Positions 20,811 to 30,737 of a stretch of DNA of 64,000 bases are shown here, piece by piece. The position numbers and the translations under genes were made by a program. The notes under the pieces were generated by a model. The model was given only the letters and a program-made list of their open reading frames with translations. It was not told the origin of the DNA and did no database searches. This DNA is from Chloroflexota bacterium (GTDB taxonomy: Bacteria > Chloroflexota > UBA11872 > VXOZ01). The stretch is from positions 128,001 through 192,000 of the forward strand of contig OZ219802.1 in assembly GCA_964291655.2 (NCBI GenBank), written 5' to 3'. Every line of letters begins with the position of its first letter. Position 1 is the stretch's first letter.

Positions 20811-22427
20811 TCAATTCGGGACCTCCAACGTCCGTGCCCTGCTTGAGAGCGCAATGGCATCAACCTGTTGGTAGGTTGTCGTGTCGATTACGTGAATGGT
20901 TGGGTTGCTCTCTTCAGCGATGTAGAGGTATTGCCCATTGCTGGAGAGCGCCATTGTCCGGGGCCGCTGTCCCACCGGAAAAGTATCCATTACCTGAAGG
21001 GTCTCCGGATCGAGCACCTGACAGTATCCCAGCACTCCATTGAGCACGTAGAGGTATTCTGCGCTGGGATGCAGTGCAAGCGCGACGGAGCCGGCGCTCG
21101 TCGTCGCGCCTTGCTCCACTGTTCCTTCGCGAATATTGACGATTGCCAGGACTCCGGAGTCGATCAGAGTCGTGAATAAGCGCGCGCCATCCGGGGCCAT
21201 GACACTCCGTCCCGGATTCTCCTTAACGTCAATTGTGCGCAGCACGGCTAGCGGGTCCGTGCTCAAAACGGTAATTGACTTACTCAAGTGTCCGACGTGA
21301 ATGAGGCGAGATCCATCCGGAGTTAGGATGAGCTGCCCATAGGAAGGGATATTGGTCGCACTCGACGTAACCCGCTTGGATTCCATGTCGATTGCCACAA
21401 TACGATAGATCCGATCATCATTGTCTCCCTGGAACCGCATGAGGCCGTACATCGTATTCTCGTCCCGAGGGCGCAGCACTAAGAATGTCGGTTGAACGTA
21501 GTCGCTCTTTATCTCGAAGCTTTCATCTTCAGTGCCCGTGGTAGCGTCAAAGCGAACTATCGCACCTCCGTAGCGGCCGCTGTAGAGATAACGTCCGTCC
21601 ACGCTACGGACGAGGCTGTAAGTGCGTGAAACATCCTCGAGGCGCGCGATAGGCAAGTTGCTGGCAGTATCAATGAGTGTAAGTGAGTTGTCTATGCCGC
21701 CGACAAACAGACGGCCCCCGGCACTTGGGCGCAAGGTGACCGGTAGCTCCGTTTCACGCCGCGACACTTCTACTTCGGCGCGCACCAATGCAAAGTCGAT
21801 CTTACGAACGCCAACGATGTAAGAACCTAACGGCACCTCCGGGATGGTCGCCTTGCCGTCATCCCGCGTGAACGCCTCGGCGAGAAGCTGACCGACGGCA
21901 TCGTAGAGGGTAACGTGTGCGCCGGTGAGCGGCTCGTCATTGCCGGCCGTTACTGCCACTACCAGCGGCCAACCGGTTCGTGTTACCTGCAGTGGGAGTG
22001 CAAGATCGATCTCGCGGCCGCGCGGGGTTTCACCGCGGGCCTGCAATACCAATGCGTTTTCGCCAAGCAGCGGGAGGTCTACCGGAAGTACGAACGGGAT
22101 CCGAAACGTGCCGAAGGCATCCGCCCACGTGTGGCCGACCGTAACCGCCGTATCTCCGTTGGGATAGGTAAGTTGGAGCCGGATGAGGGCACCCTCCGGC
22201 CAGTGTGCTCCGGTGATGAAGACGGTCCCGCCAAGCTCGGCGCGACTCGGGAGCACGCTAACAACCGGGTCTCCTTCTTCACTCATTTCAATTTCGGGCG
22301 ACGGATAGTCCGGGACACCGCGAATCCGGTCGTAGAGCACTCCGGCAAAGCCTAATACCAAAATTAGGCCCACAACGGTGAGCAAGCTGAGAACCAAGGC
22401 ACGAGTTCGGTTTGCAGAGAGTGCCAT
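20811..22427 (-). CDS. Membrane-anchored protein with carboxypeptidase-regulatory-like Ig domain and YVTN/YncE-type beta-propeller
   Basis: N-terminal TM, PLTGAHVTL...TRDDGKA..P.G.Y.V, repeated (S/T)PDGxxLY / PVGQRP blades. Start at ATG 22427 after an AGGAG RBS. Confidence 0.75.
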   Translation of the reverse strand: MALSANRTRALVLSLLTVVGLILVLGFAGVLYDRIRGVPDYPSPEIEMSEEGDPVVSVLPSRAELGGTVFITGAHWPEGALIRLQLTYPNGDTAVTVGHTWADAFGTFRIPFVLPVDLPLLGENALVLQARGETPRGREIDLALPLQVTRTGWPLVVAVTAGNDEPLTGAHVTLYDAVGQLLAEAFTRDDGKATIPEVPLGSYIVGVRKIDFALVRAEVEVSRRETELPVTLRPSAGGRLFVGGIDNSLTLIDTASNLPIARLEDVSRTYSLVRSVDGRYLYSGRYGGAIVRFDATTGTEDESFEIKSDYVQPTFLVLRPRDENTMYGLMRFQGDNDDRIYRIVAIDMESKRVTSSATNIPSYGQLILTPDGSRLIHVGHLSKSITVLSTDPLAVLRTIDVKENPGRSVMAPDGARLFTTLIDSGVLAIVNIREGTVEQGATTSAGSVALALHPSAEYLYVLNGVLGYCQVLDPETLQVMDTFPVGQRPRTMALSSNGQYLYIAEESNPTIHVIDTTTYQQVDAIALSSRARTLEVPN

Positions 22428-22804
22428 CAGTACTCCTTTGCGAGTCTGTCGCTCATCCCAATGGTACTCCGCCCGGTGGCGTGTGGGCAACGGCAAAGGC
22501 AACAATTCAATTCGGCGGGGATTGAGAAGAGACTAGTTGCCATTGCCCATTTGCTAAGACCTAGAGTTGGACCCTCACACCCGAAAAAGGCTCTGCAACT
22601 GTACTTCGAGGCATCGCCGAGTTTGTGTTGTCTGTTTCGATCTATGAATGAGGCTTTGTGTATAGGCAGGACAGTAGCGTATAGTCACACTAAATCCAAA
22701 GAGTGGTAATTGGGCCGGAATACTTGCCAAGATGGCAAAGTGTGAAGTTGACAGAGACTCTTCCCGGGGCCAACGTTGCATGTGAAGTTTATGAGGATTG
22801 ACGG

Positions 22805-23689
22805 ATGAAGTACCTGGTATTTTCTAAGCGACTTGAACACCTTACATTGGAAGACATGACCGCTACTGTAGCCGACTTGGGCCTGGACGGCGTTGAACTC
22901 ACCGTGCGCAGTGCCGGCCACAACCTGCCGGAGGCGGCCGCGGGCACAGCCGGCCATGTTACTCCCGATCGTGTGCGCTTTGATCTGCCCAAGGCGGTCG
23001 AAGCTTGCCGCGCGCACGGGCTTGAAGTCGGCTGGATTGCGACGGATATTACCAGTGCCGAGTCACCTTTTGCCCGTGACGTCTTCGCAGTCGCGAGCGA
23101 TTGCGGCATTAACCAACTCAAGCTTGGCTACCATCACTACCGGGGCTTCGGTCATCTGCGGCAGCAACTCGACGATATGCGGCGCGATCTGGAGAGCATT
23201 GAGCACCTCTGCCTTGAGTACGGAATTCAAGCAGGCGTCCATGTTCATGCCGGCTACTGCTTGTCCGCGGAAGCGATGCAAGTGGAGCGCCTGCTGACCG
23301 ACTTCAACCCGGCTGCGTTGGGCATCTACGCCGACTTTGGGCACATGGGACTGGAAGGCGCCTATGGTGGCTGGGTGCAAAGCCTGGACCTCATTGCTGA
23401 TCGCATTATCATGCTCTCCCTTAAGAACGTGGGTCTCTTTGGCCAGACGGACCCGGAAAGCGGCATCGTAACCTGGGAAAGCAAGTTTGTACCTTTAAAG
23501 GAAGGGATTACCCCGTACCGCGAGGCATTACAGTACCTCAAGCAGATAGGCTACAGCGGCTCTGCCTCGTTTCACACCGAATATCAAGGCGCGTGGAGTT
23601 GGCGTGAACTCTCGTATGCTGAACTAATCGCGCAGCTTCAGGAGGACATTGCCTATGTGCGACAAATAGCCGCCGAATTCGACTTGTAG
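22805..23689 (+). CDS. Sugar phosphate isomerase/epimerase family TIM-barrel protein
   Basis: LGLDGVELTVR, HVH, DFGH..LEG, LK, VPL.EG, H.EY. Confidence 0.82.
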   Translation: MKYLVFSKRLEHLTLEDMTATVADLGLDGVELTVRSAGHNLPEAAAGTAGHVTPDRVRFDLPKAVEACRAHGLEVGWIATDITSAESPFARDVFAVASDCGINQLKLGYHHYRGFGHLRQQLDDMRRDLESIEHLCLEYGIQAGVHVHAGYCLSAEAMQVERLLTDFNPAALGIYADFGHMGLEGAYGGWVQSLDLIADRIIMLSLKNVGLFGQTDPESGIVTWESKFVPLKEGITPYREALQYLKQIGYSGSASFHTEYQGAWSWRELSYAELIAQLQEDIAYVRQIAAEFDL

Positions 23690-23818
23690 CGGAAAGCCGC
23701 TCCTCCAAAAGCTAGGGCGACTTCAGCACCTGCCGCCGGACATGTCTAAACCCGCCTTTTGTGGAGATGTTGTCTTGCTGTGCCTGTGCGCACAATTAGG
23801 GGAAAACAGGAGGCCGCC

Positions 23819-24835
23819 ATGACGTATCGTGTGGGTTTGATCGGACTTGAACAGCACGTCGAACGAGTGTTTGGCGCCGTGGATAATGATCCCGAGATCG
23901 TGCTTGCAGCGGTTGCCAACGCTGGTGAGCAAGCCGCAGCACTTGCGAGCAAGTACCGTGCCGACATGCATGATGATTATCACGCTCTGTTGGCGCGAGA
24001 CGATATAGACGTGGTCGCGAGCTTCCAGTTGCCCGTGCACCAAGGTGAGACGGTAATTGCTGCGTTGGAAGCCGGTTTCCCGGTACTTGCGGAGAAGCCG
24101 ATGGTGACCAGCCAGAAAGAACTGGACCGGGTTATCGCAATCCTGCAGCAAAACTCCTCGCTCCACATGGGCCAACTCTTTAGCCGGCGGGGAAATCCCG
24201 TATACCGCGCAGTCCGTGACGTGGTGCAGAGCGGCCAAATCGGCGAGGTGGCGCTGGCATACGCCCTCATTGCCGCCACCGAGCGGCGCGGCGTGCGGCC
24301 GGAGTGGTTCTTTGACCGGCGGCTTTCCGCCGGGCCGGTGCTCGACTTGCTCATCCACGACATCGACATCGTGCGCTGGATCACCGGCCGAGAGCATCAG
24401 AGCGTAATCGGCACGGAAGCCAATATCGGCCGCCCGGACGATGCCCACTACCATAACGTCGGGCAGGTGCTCTTCCGCATGGACGGCGGCGTAAGCGCCG
24501 TCATGGAGCACCACCGCCTGGTGCCGCCGAGCCTGGGTCGCATGGACAACCGCCTCAAAATCCTCGGCACCGAGGGGCAGGCGGAAGTCACGCATGACGG
24601 CAGAGTATGGCTGTATCGCTGGGACGACTCTCAGGAACTTTCCGAGCTACCGCAGCAACAAGACATCTTTGCCAACTTTGTGCGCACCGCCTGCGCGGGC
24701 CATCAACCAATCGTGAGCACGCAGGATGCGGTGCAAAGCATGCAGGCCACCCTCTGCGCCACGGAAGCCGGGTTCACCGGGACCCAGCAGCAGGTACCGC
24801 CGGTCCCGGTCTTGCCCAAGCGAGCAACAGCCTAA
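23819..24835 (+). CDS. Gfo/Idh/MocA family oxidoreductase
   Basis: RVGLIG, VLAEKPM, GPVLDLLIHDID, I.GTEG. Start at ATG 23819 after an AGGAGG RBS. Confidence 0.9.
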   Translation: MTYRVGLIGLEQHVERVFGAVDNDPEIVLAAVANAGEQAAALASKYRADMHDDYHALLARDDIDVVASFQLPVHQGETVIAALEAGFPVLAEKPMVTSQKELDRVIAILQQNSSLHMGQLFSRRGNPVYRAVRDVVQSGQIGEVALAYALIAATERRGVRPEWFFDRRLSAGPVLDLLIHDIDIVRWITGREHQSVIGTEANIGRPDDAHYHNVGQVLFRMDGGVSAVMEHHRLVPPSLGRMDNRLKILGTEGQAEVTHDGRVWLYRWDDSQELSELPQQQDIFANFVRTACAGHQPIVSTQDAVQSMQATLCATEAGFTGTQQQVPPVPVLPKRATA

Positions 24836-24958
24836 TCTATGTTTCCAGGATTAGGTGGTATTGCCGTCGGGCATTAAGGTTGACTCCTGCAGCACTGTGC
24901 TCTGGCTAGCAACGAGAAGCCAAGCGCCTTTCCCAGTTATGTGGAGTAAAATTCCAAT

Positions 24959-26002
24959 ATGGGCCAGTCGATACAGGTTGCAGTCGATGTCACGCCAGCG
25001 CAACCGCACGCTGGCACCACCCTCGCATCCTGCCTGAACCCGCTAATGGCAACTGCCGGCGGGCCGGAGTGGTCGATGGCGCGGCTGCAGGGCGTTATGG
25101 GCCATGCCTTCCACTTTGAGATGGTAGCCGGCGGCGGCAACGTCATGCACGACAACATCGACTGGGGTCCTGCCTTGGACTTCCTCCCACAGTTCGCGCA
25201 GTTTCGTTCTTTCAAAGCCACAAAACACGATACTGACGTCGATCTACCCACGCTCAAGCAGGATGCGAGAGATGCCGTCCGCGCCGGGCTTGAACTCGGC
25301 TTTCCAACGCTGGTGTGGCAACCGATGAGTCCCGAGCAAAAGGCGAGCGACCACCCTGCCCACCACGCGTACTGTTGGGGACTCATAGTCGGATATAACG
25401 AACCGGAGGAGTCCTACACGGTCCGTCACCCATTCGTTGACGGCACCTACACCGTTCGCTTCGACTTGATCGGACATGCCGATCCGGCCGAGCTTTTCAG
25501 TATTCTAGCCTATGCAGGGCCGAGCACAGCAGATGAAAGGGAAATTCACGTGACGGCGCTGCGAAACGCGGTAGGTTTTGCGCATGCCACTCGCTTTGCG
25601 GCGGACGATGAGCGCAATGCGAGGCGGCGGGCAGCGCCGCATGGCTTCGCAGCCTACGAACTCTGGCAGAAGGCGTTCGCCACGGAAGACGTCCCTACGT
25701 TCAAGTCACGTCACCACATCGAGGTACTCTTACCGCGGCGCCTGGCGGCTGCCAGGTATTTGCGAGAAGTTAAAACGCTCTTTCCCAAGGCGGCTGCGAA
25801 ACTTGAGGCCGCAGCGGCGCATTACGAGCATGAATTGGAGCCGCTGCATGTCATTCACGAGCTCTGCAATGCGGCCTGCGATAGAGATGCGTGGCATCCG
25901 CATGAACGAGTCAAAGCGAGGAAGGCAATCGGCGACGCATTGCGGGCAGATCGACAGGCGGTCTCCGGCATCGCGGCGGCACTCACCGCTCTCGATGGTT
26001 AG
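24959..26002 (+). CDS. Uncharacterised protein, BtrH/C39-like papain-fold N-terminus plus helical C-terminus (paralog 1)
   Basis: TTLASCL, G..GHAF.F, CWGLIVGY, VRHPF, GFAAYE.W. Strong similarity to the next gene supports coding status. Confidence 0.65.
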   Translation: MGQSIQVAVDVTPAQPHAGTTLASCLNPLMATAGGPEWSMARLQGVMGHAFHFEMVAGGGNVMHDNIDWGPALDFLPQFAQFRSFKATKHDTDVDLPTLKQDARDAVRAGLELGFPTLVWQPMSPEQKASDHPAHHAYCWGLIVGYNEPEESYTVRHPFVDGTYTVRFDLIGHADPAELFSILAYAGPSTADEREIHVTALRNAVGFAHATRFAADDERNARRRAAPHGFAAYELWQKAFATEDVPTFKSRHHIEVLLPRRLAAARYLREVKTLFPKAAAKLEAAAAHYEHELEPLHVIHELCNAACDRDAWHPHERVKARKAIGDALRADRQAVSGIAAALTALDG

Positions 26003-26202
26003 CGATGGTCCCAGGCAAGGCGGCTGGTGGGAAGTCTTGACCAGCCGACAACTGTGGGGATGCAGCAATTGGATAGTTATGGGCCTTCCTTTCTTGTTTA
26101 TGCCCCTCCGATGCAAGTCCGGGGATGATTTTGCTAGAGACCGAAACCTAACCTGTTTTCAACAACATCCAACGGATGTCTCTGTTCTAAAGGAGAATTA
26201 GT

Positions 26203-27246
26203 GTGCCGGAACGAGACCAAGAAATAAACGTCATGGTCGATGTCAGCCCCACCATGCCACATCAGGGCACGACCCTTGCATCCTGTCTTTGCCCGCTGAT
26301 GGCAGCCGTCGGCCGTCCGGAGTGGACCATGGCTCGGCTGCAAGGTGTCTTGGGGCATGCGTTTCAGTTTGATATGAAAGAGGGGGGCCAACACGTCAAC
26401 CATGACCACCTCGACTGGGGCCCCGCTGTGGACATCCTCCCGCGAATCGCACAGTTTCGTACGATCATGGCCGAAGAGAATGACAAGAATGTCGACTTTC
26501 CTGCACTCAAGCGCGAAGCGAGAGCGGCCGTTCTTGATGCTTTGGAACGCGGCGCCCCCACGCTCGCTTGGTCTCCGATGAGCCATGCGATGAGTGATAG
26601 CCACCACCATGGTGTCTGCTGGGGGTTGATCGTCGGTTACAGCGAGACGGAAAAGACATACACCATTCGTCACCCGTTTGTGGAACAGACCTACACCGTT
26701 CGCTATGACGAGGTTGGACAGTTTGAGGACATTGAGTCCATTTATATGAAGGTATATTGCGGCCCGTGCACCGCAGATGAAAGGACAACGCACCTGACAG
26801 CGCTGCAAACGGCCGTGGCAATCGCGCATTCGACCAGATTTGCGGCGGACGACTCCCGCAACGCCAATAGACGAGCAACGCCACATGGTTTCGCTGCCTA
26901 CGAAGTCTGGCGCGAAGCGTTCGAGTCGGAGGAAGTCCAAGCGAATACCACCCACCATCATCTCGAGATGCTCATGTGGCGGCGGGTTGCCGCCGCTACC
27001 TATCTGCGGGAACTTGCCGGCTTCTTTCCCGCTGCCGCTGAATCGCTCGAAACAGCCGCGACTCACTACGATCACGAAATGGCTGTGTTGCATCCTCTGC
27101 ACGATCTCTGTGACACGGCCTGTGAGCGGCAGGCATGGCCTGCACAGGACCGTGCTGAGGCGCGTAGGCTAATCGGCGACGCACTGCAGGCGGACCGTGA
27201 GGCAATCGGTAGCATTGAGGCAGCGCTCGCCAACATAGGAGACTAG
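26203..27246 (+). CDS. Uncharacterised protein, BtrH/C39-like (paralog 2)
   Basis: Same length (347 aa) and same motifs as 24959-26002. AAGGAG RBS before the GTG start. Confidence 0.65.
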   Translation: MPERDQEINVMVDVSPTMPHQGTTLASCLCPLMAAVGRPEWTMARLQGVLGHAFQFDMKEGGQHVNHDHLDWGPAVDILPRIAQFRTIMAEENDKNVDFPALKREARAAVLDALERGAPTLAWSPMSHAMSDSHHHGVCWGLIVGYSETEKTYTIRHPFVEQTYTVRYDEVGQFEDIESIYMKVYCGPCTADERTTHLTALQTAVAIAHSTRFAADDSRNANRRATPHGFAAYEVWREAFESEEVQANTTHHHLEMLMWRRVAAATYLRELAGFFPAAAESLETAATHYDHEMAVLHPLHDLCDTACERQAWPAQDRAEARRLIGDALQADREAIGSIEAALANIGD

Positions 27247-27336
27247 CAGGCTAGTTTATTGACTTTGCACGTCAAGATCATATATGCTGGCGGCGAGGCG
27301 TTTGTGAGGGTGGGCCGGTTGGGAGAGGGTGCCAGC

Positions 27337-28140
27337 GTGATCATTGACGTACATTCCCACGTCAAGAACGACCACGAGATCACGGTTTCGTTGCGCAAGG
27401 CGCGGCGGCACGGCGTCATCCTGTGCATCAACGTCCTCAACGCCAACAACAATTATCCGCCAACGCTGCCCACGCCAGAGTATGTTGCCGCCTGCAACGA
27501 CCTTACCTTAAAGGTAGCCTCCGCTAATCCCGACTGCGTGATACCCATGTGGTATCTCAACCCCTACCACCCGCAGGAAATGCAGGCCGAATTGCTGCGG
27601 CGTGTCAAGGCCTGGGACGGCCATCAGGGCGCGAAGCTCTGGACCGGTGTGAAAGCCAACGACTCGCGTTTAGAAGGCATCTATCAAGTTCTTGCTGAAC
27701 ACAATCTGCCGGTTCTTCAACACACCTATATGGCGGTGACCGGCAACATGCCCGGCGAGACCAATCCCTTCGACATGCGCGAGGCCGGGCTGCGCCATCC
27801 GGACGTTCCCTTCTTCTTCGGTCACTCCGGCAGTGACATGGAATACGGCGCCAAGGCCGCCCAAGGCGTGCCAAACCTCTTCATGGACATCGGTGGCGGC
27901 GACGCCACTAATGGTTATACGGAAACGCTTGTGGAACACGCCGGAGCCGACCGCGTGGTCTATGGCAGCGATCTCAACGCACCCCGCTCGTTCATGTCGC
28001 AACTGGCGAAAGTGTACGGCGCAGCCATTTCCGATGAAGAGAAAGACCTGATACTTTGGCGCAATGCCTACGGCATCTTTTCGCGGCAGAGCGTGGCTTG
28101 GAGCCAGTTTGACCGGCATAGGGAGGCGGCCGGTCACTAG
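27337..28140 (+). CDS. Amidohydrolase_2 family metal-dependent hydrolase
   Basis: IIDVHSH, PVLQH, GHSG, RVVYGSD, ILWRNA. GTG start at 27337. Confidence 0.85.
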   Translation: MIIDVHSHVKNDHEITVSLRKARRHGVILCINVLNANNNYPPTLPTPEYVAACNDLTLKVASANPDCVIPMWYLNPYHPQEMQAELLRRVKAWDGHQGAKLWTGVKANDSRLEGIYQVLAEHNLPVLQHTYMAVTGNMPGETNPFDMREAGLRHPDVPFFFGHSGSDMEYGAKAAQGVPNLFMDIGGGDATNGYTETLVEHAGADRVVYGSDLNAPRSFMSQLAKVYGAAISDEEKDLILWRNAYGIFSRQSVAWSQFDRHREAAGH

Positions 28141-28158
28141 GAGCCGGAGCACGGGCAT

Positions 28159-28232
28159 CCGTCACTCCGGCTTTCGCCGGAGTCCAGGAGGCCCAAAGAA
28201 GAGATGGATTCCCGCTTTCGCGGGAATGACGG
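28159..28232. repeat. Inverted pair of CGTC-tagged REP-like palindromes ('WIPAFAGMT'-type)
   Basis: CCGTCACTCCGGCTTTCGCCGGAGTCCA facing TGGATTCCCGCTTTCGCGGGAATGACGG. The second has an ATTCCC-N8-GGGAAT core. Confidence 0.8.
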
Positions 28233-28291
28233 ACAGTTTTCTCTTGTCACTCATGAGACTAGAGCCCACCAAAGCAGTTGGAGCGAAGTCA

Positions 28292-29122
28292 GTGATAGAC
28301 GCAAACGCATACATCGGAGAGTGGCCCTTCCGCCGCCTGAATCACGCGGCGCCGGACGCCCTACTGCGCAAGATGGACGCTCTCGGCATCGAGAAAGCAG
28401 TGGTCTCACGGCTGGAAAACGTCTTTTATAAAGACGTGATGGTCGGCAATCGAGAATTGCACAGTATCGTGCAAGAGCACCCGGACCGCCTGGTGCCGGC
28501 TTACACCATCAATTCCGCCATGCCGTGTTGGGAGCTGGACTTTAAGCGGTGCGTAGAGGAATATGGCATGCGCAACCTGCGCATCCACCCCAACTACCAT
28601 CAATTCACGCTGCTGGAACCGCACACGACGCGCGTCATGGATGCCAGCCTGGAAGCGTATGCGCAGTATCACATGCTCACCGGCAATGCCCTGGCACTAC
28701 TCGAGTGCGCCAAGACCCACGATCTCGTCGTGCTCCTCACTCTTACACTAGAAGACTCCCGTTGGCACCACTGGCACGTGAAGGTGCCACCCGTCACTAC
28801 TACCGATGCCGTAGAAGCCATCTGCACGTTCCCTGACCTGCGCTTTCTCGTGTGCACCGGCCGCTATGTCCATATAGCGGATATCTGGAAGCGCGCCTAC
28901 AAGAATGAAAACGTGTACTTTGACGTTTCCCGCGTGCAGGGACCGGTTGACGACATCGAGCAACTCTGCGCCCAAGTAGGAGCCGACCACCTGCTCTTCG
29001 GTACGAATTGCCCCATCTTCTATCCCGAATCTGCCAAGCTCAGCATCGAACACGCGGAGATTTCCGACCAAGAAAAAGAAGTGATGCTCTCCGCTAACGC
29101 GACACGACTGTTTGCACTGTAA
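28292..29122 (+). CDS. Amidohydrolase_2-fold protein with a degenerate metal site
   Basis: IDANAYIGEWPFR, LRIHPNYH, NVYFDVS, LLFGTNCP, SANA.RLF. The longer ORF-track start runs through the REP and is spurious. Confidence 0.8.
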   Translation: MIDANAYIGEWPFRRLNHAAPDALLRKMDALGIEKAVVSRLENVFYKDVMVGNRELHSIVQEHPDRLVPAYTINSAMPCWELDFKRCVEEYGMRNLRIHPNYHQFTLLEPHTTRVMDASLEAYAQYHMLTGNALALLECAKTHDLVVLLTLTLEDSRWHHWHVKVPPVTTTDAVEAICTFPDLRFLVCTGRYVHIADIWKRAYKNENVYFDVSRVQGPVDDIEQLCAQVGADHLLFGTNCPIFYPESAKLSIEHAEISDQEKEVMLSANATRLFAL

Positions 29123-29134
29123 AGGGAGTGCTCT

Positions 29135-30430
29135 ATGGCCAGCGCAACCAAGCTCGACGTTACACGTTCGGTTGAACTGTATGAAGAGGCCGTGCGCCTC
29201 ATGCCGGGCGGCTCGCAGACCAAAGGCAAGCGCCCAAGTCCTACCTTGTACGGCGCCATGCCGATATTCATGTCCCACGGCAGGGGTTCCCGTCTCTGGG
29301 ACGTGAACGGGAACAGCTACATTGACTACTATGGCGCGTCCGGCGGCGTCTTGCTGGGGTACTGTCACCCGGATGTCGACCGGGCCGTAGCGGAGCAACT
29401 TGAGAAGGGCATGCTTTTTAGCACGCCCTCGGAGCCGGAGATCGAGTGCGCCAAGCTCGTGAACGAGGTCGTGCCCTGCTCCGAGATGGTGCGCTTCCTC
29501 AAAGGCGGGGTGGACGTTAATCTCTGCGCAACGCGCATTGCGCGCGCGTACACCAAACGCGAGATCATTTTGAACAACGGCTATCGCGGCTGGGCGGACG
29601 AATGGAACTACTGGCGTAACGACGGCGGCATGCCGGCGGCCTTTCACACGCTAAATCAACAGTTCCGCTTTAACGACCTCAACCACCTGGAGGAACTCTT
29701 CAAGCTCAACGACGGTAAGGTCGCCGCCGTCTCCTTCGATTGCGCGGAACCGGCCAAGGAGCCGGAGCCGGGTTTCCTAGAAGACTTAAAGGACTTAGCG
29801 CACCGACATGAGGCCCTTGTCATCTACGACGAGTGCATGACGGGATTTCGGTTCGCCCTGGGCGGCGCGCAGGAGTACTACGGCGTGGAGCCGGACATTG
29901 CCACCTACGCCAAGGGCATGGCCAACGGCATGTCGCTGGGCGCGGTGGCCGGCAGGCGCGACATTATGGAAAAGACTGCCGACTGTTTGATCAGTCTGAC
30001 GTTTGGCGGGGAGACGCTTTCCCTTGTCGCGAGCATCGCCACGCTCCAAATCTGCCGCGACGAGGACGTGGCGGGGCACATCAACCGAATTTCGCAGGCG
30101 GTAATGGACGGCGTGGAAGAGGTCTCGCATCGCGTGGGCATCCCCATGGAGTCGTTCGGCCCGCCGGCGCTCTTTGGGATCCGCTTCATTGGCGGCGATG
30201 AGCCGCTGCCTGCCGAGGCCGGAACGTTCTTCTATACCGGCCTTGCCAAGCGCGGCGTGATGCTGAAGGGTAGTTGGAACAACGTGCTCTACGCCCACAG
30301 CGACGAGGACGTGGCGGAAACGCTGGAAGCGGTGGAGGATACCCTCCTTGACCTGCGGCGCGCGCGGGATGCCGGACGCGTGTCGGAGGAAGTGGCTGAG
30401 GCAACAGTGCCGTTCAATCGACCCTATTAA
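29135..30430 (+). CDS. Class III PLP aminotransferase, glutamate-1-semialdehyde aminomutase-like
   Basis: G.GSRLWDVNGNSYIDY, LLGY, IYDECMTGFR, PDIATYAKGMANG (PLP Lys), SLTFGG. Confidence 0.88.
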   Translation: MASATKLDVTRSVELYEEAVRLMPGGSQTKGKRPSPTLYGAMPIFMSHGRGSRLWDVNGNSYIDYYGASGGVLLGYCHPDVDRAVAEQLEKGMLFSTPSEPEIECAKLVNEVVPCSEMVRFLKGGVDVNLCATRIARAYTKREIILNNGYRGWADEWNYWRNDGGMPAAFHTLNQQFRFNDLNHLEELFKLNDGKVAAVSFDCAEPAKEPEPGFLEDLKDLAHRHEALVIYDECMTGFRFALGGAQEYYGVEPDIATYAKGMANGMSLGAVAGRRDIMEKTADCLISLTFGGETLSLVASIATLQICRDEDVAGHINRISQAVMDGVEEVSHRVGIPMESFGPPALFGIRFIGGDEPLPAEAGTFFYTGLAKRGVMLKGSWNNVLYAHSDEDVAETLEAVEDTLLDLRRARDAGRVSEEVAEATVPFNRPY

Positions 30431-30465
30431 TGTAAGACTCGTATTCCCGCTCAGCAGGCCAAGAG

Positions 30466-30508
30466 GTGCTTCGACAAGGGCTTCGCGAAGCCCACTCAGC
30501 ACGAACGG
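30466..30508 (+). repeat. REP-like palindrome (CTTCGACAAGCTCAG..GAACGG type) interrupted by a hairpin insert
   Basis: GTGCTTCGACAA[GGGCTTCGCGAAGCCC]ACTCAGCACGAACGG. Confidence 0.65.
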
Positions 30509-30626
30509 ATAGAGTGCTCAGATCTAGCGGTTGGCGAATTCTGCGGGAACGGAGATAGGCTCCGCACGAATGAAAAGTGGGGCCTACGAGACTTGGGAAC
30601 GCAATTGACCCAAGGGACCCGCCAAA

Positions 30627-30658
30627 CCGTTCGCCCTGAGCTTGTCGAAGGGTGAACG
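30627..30658 (-). repeat. REP-like palindrome ('TLRQAQGER'-type), inverted relative to the 30466 copy
   Basis: CCGTTCGCCCTGAGCTTGTCGAAGGGTGAACG. Confidence 0.75.
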
Positions 30659-30737
30659 TACACCGGCCAAAGCGATCGCACAAAGAAAAACGGCAAAAAG
30701 CTCTAACTGAACAAGCTTATCGTACGGTGAATCAACT

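Noticed and set aside
22741-22789. Direct repeat TGTGAAGTT x2 upstream of the catabolic block as an operator
   Set aside because: Only 9 bp, 40 nt apart, and no regulator nearby, so it could be chance.
28064-28291. N-terminal extension of the amidohydrolase containing WIPAFAGMT
   Set aside because: This is a translation of the REP palindrome overlapping the previous gene. The real start is GTG 28292.
29135-30430. hemL (tetrapyrrole synthesis)
   Set aside because: Lacks the PGGVNSPVR signature (has PGGSQT) and has no hem gene context.
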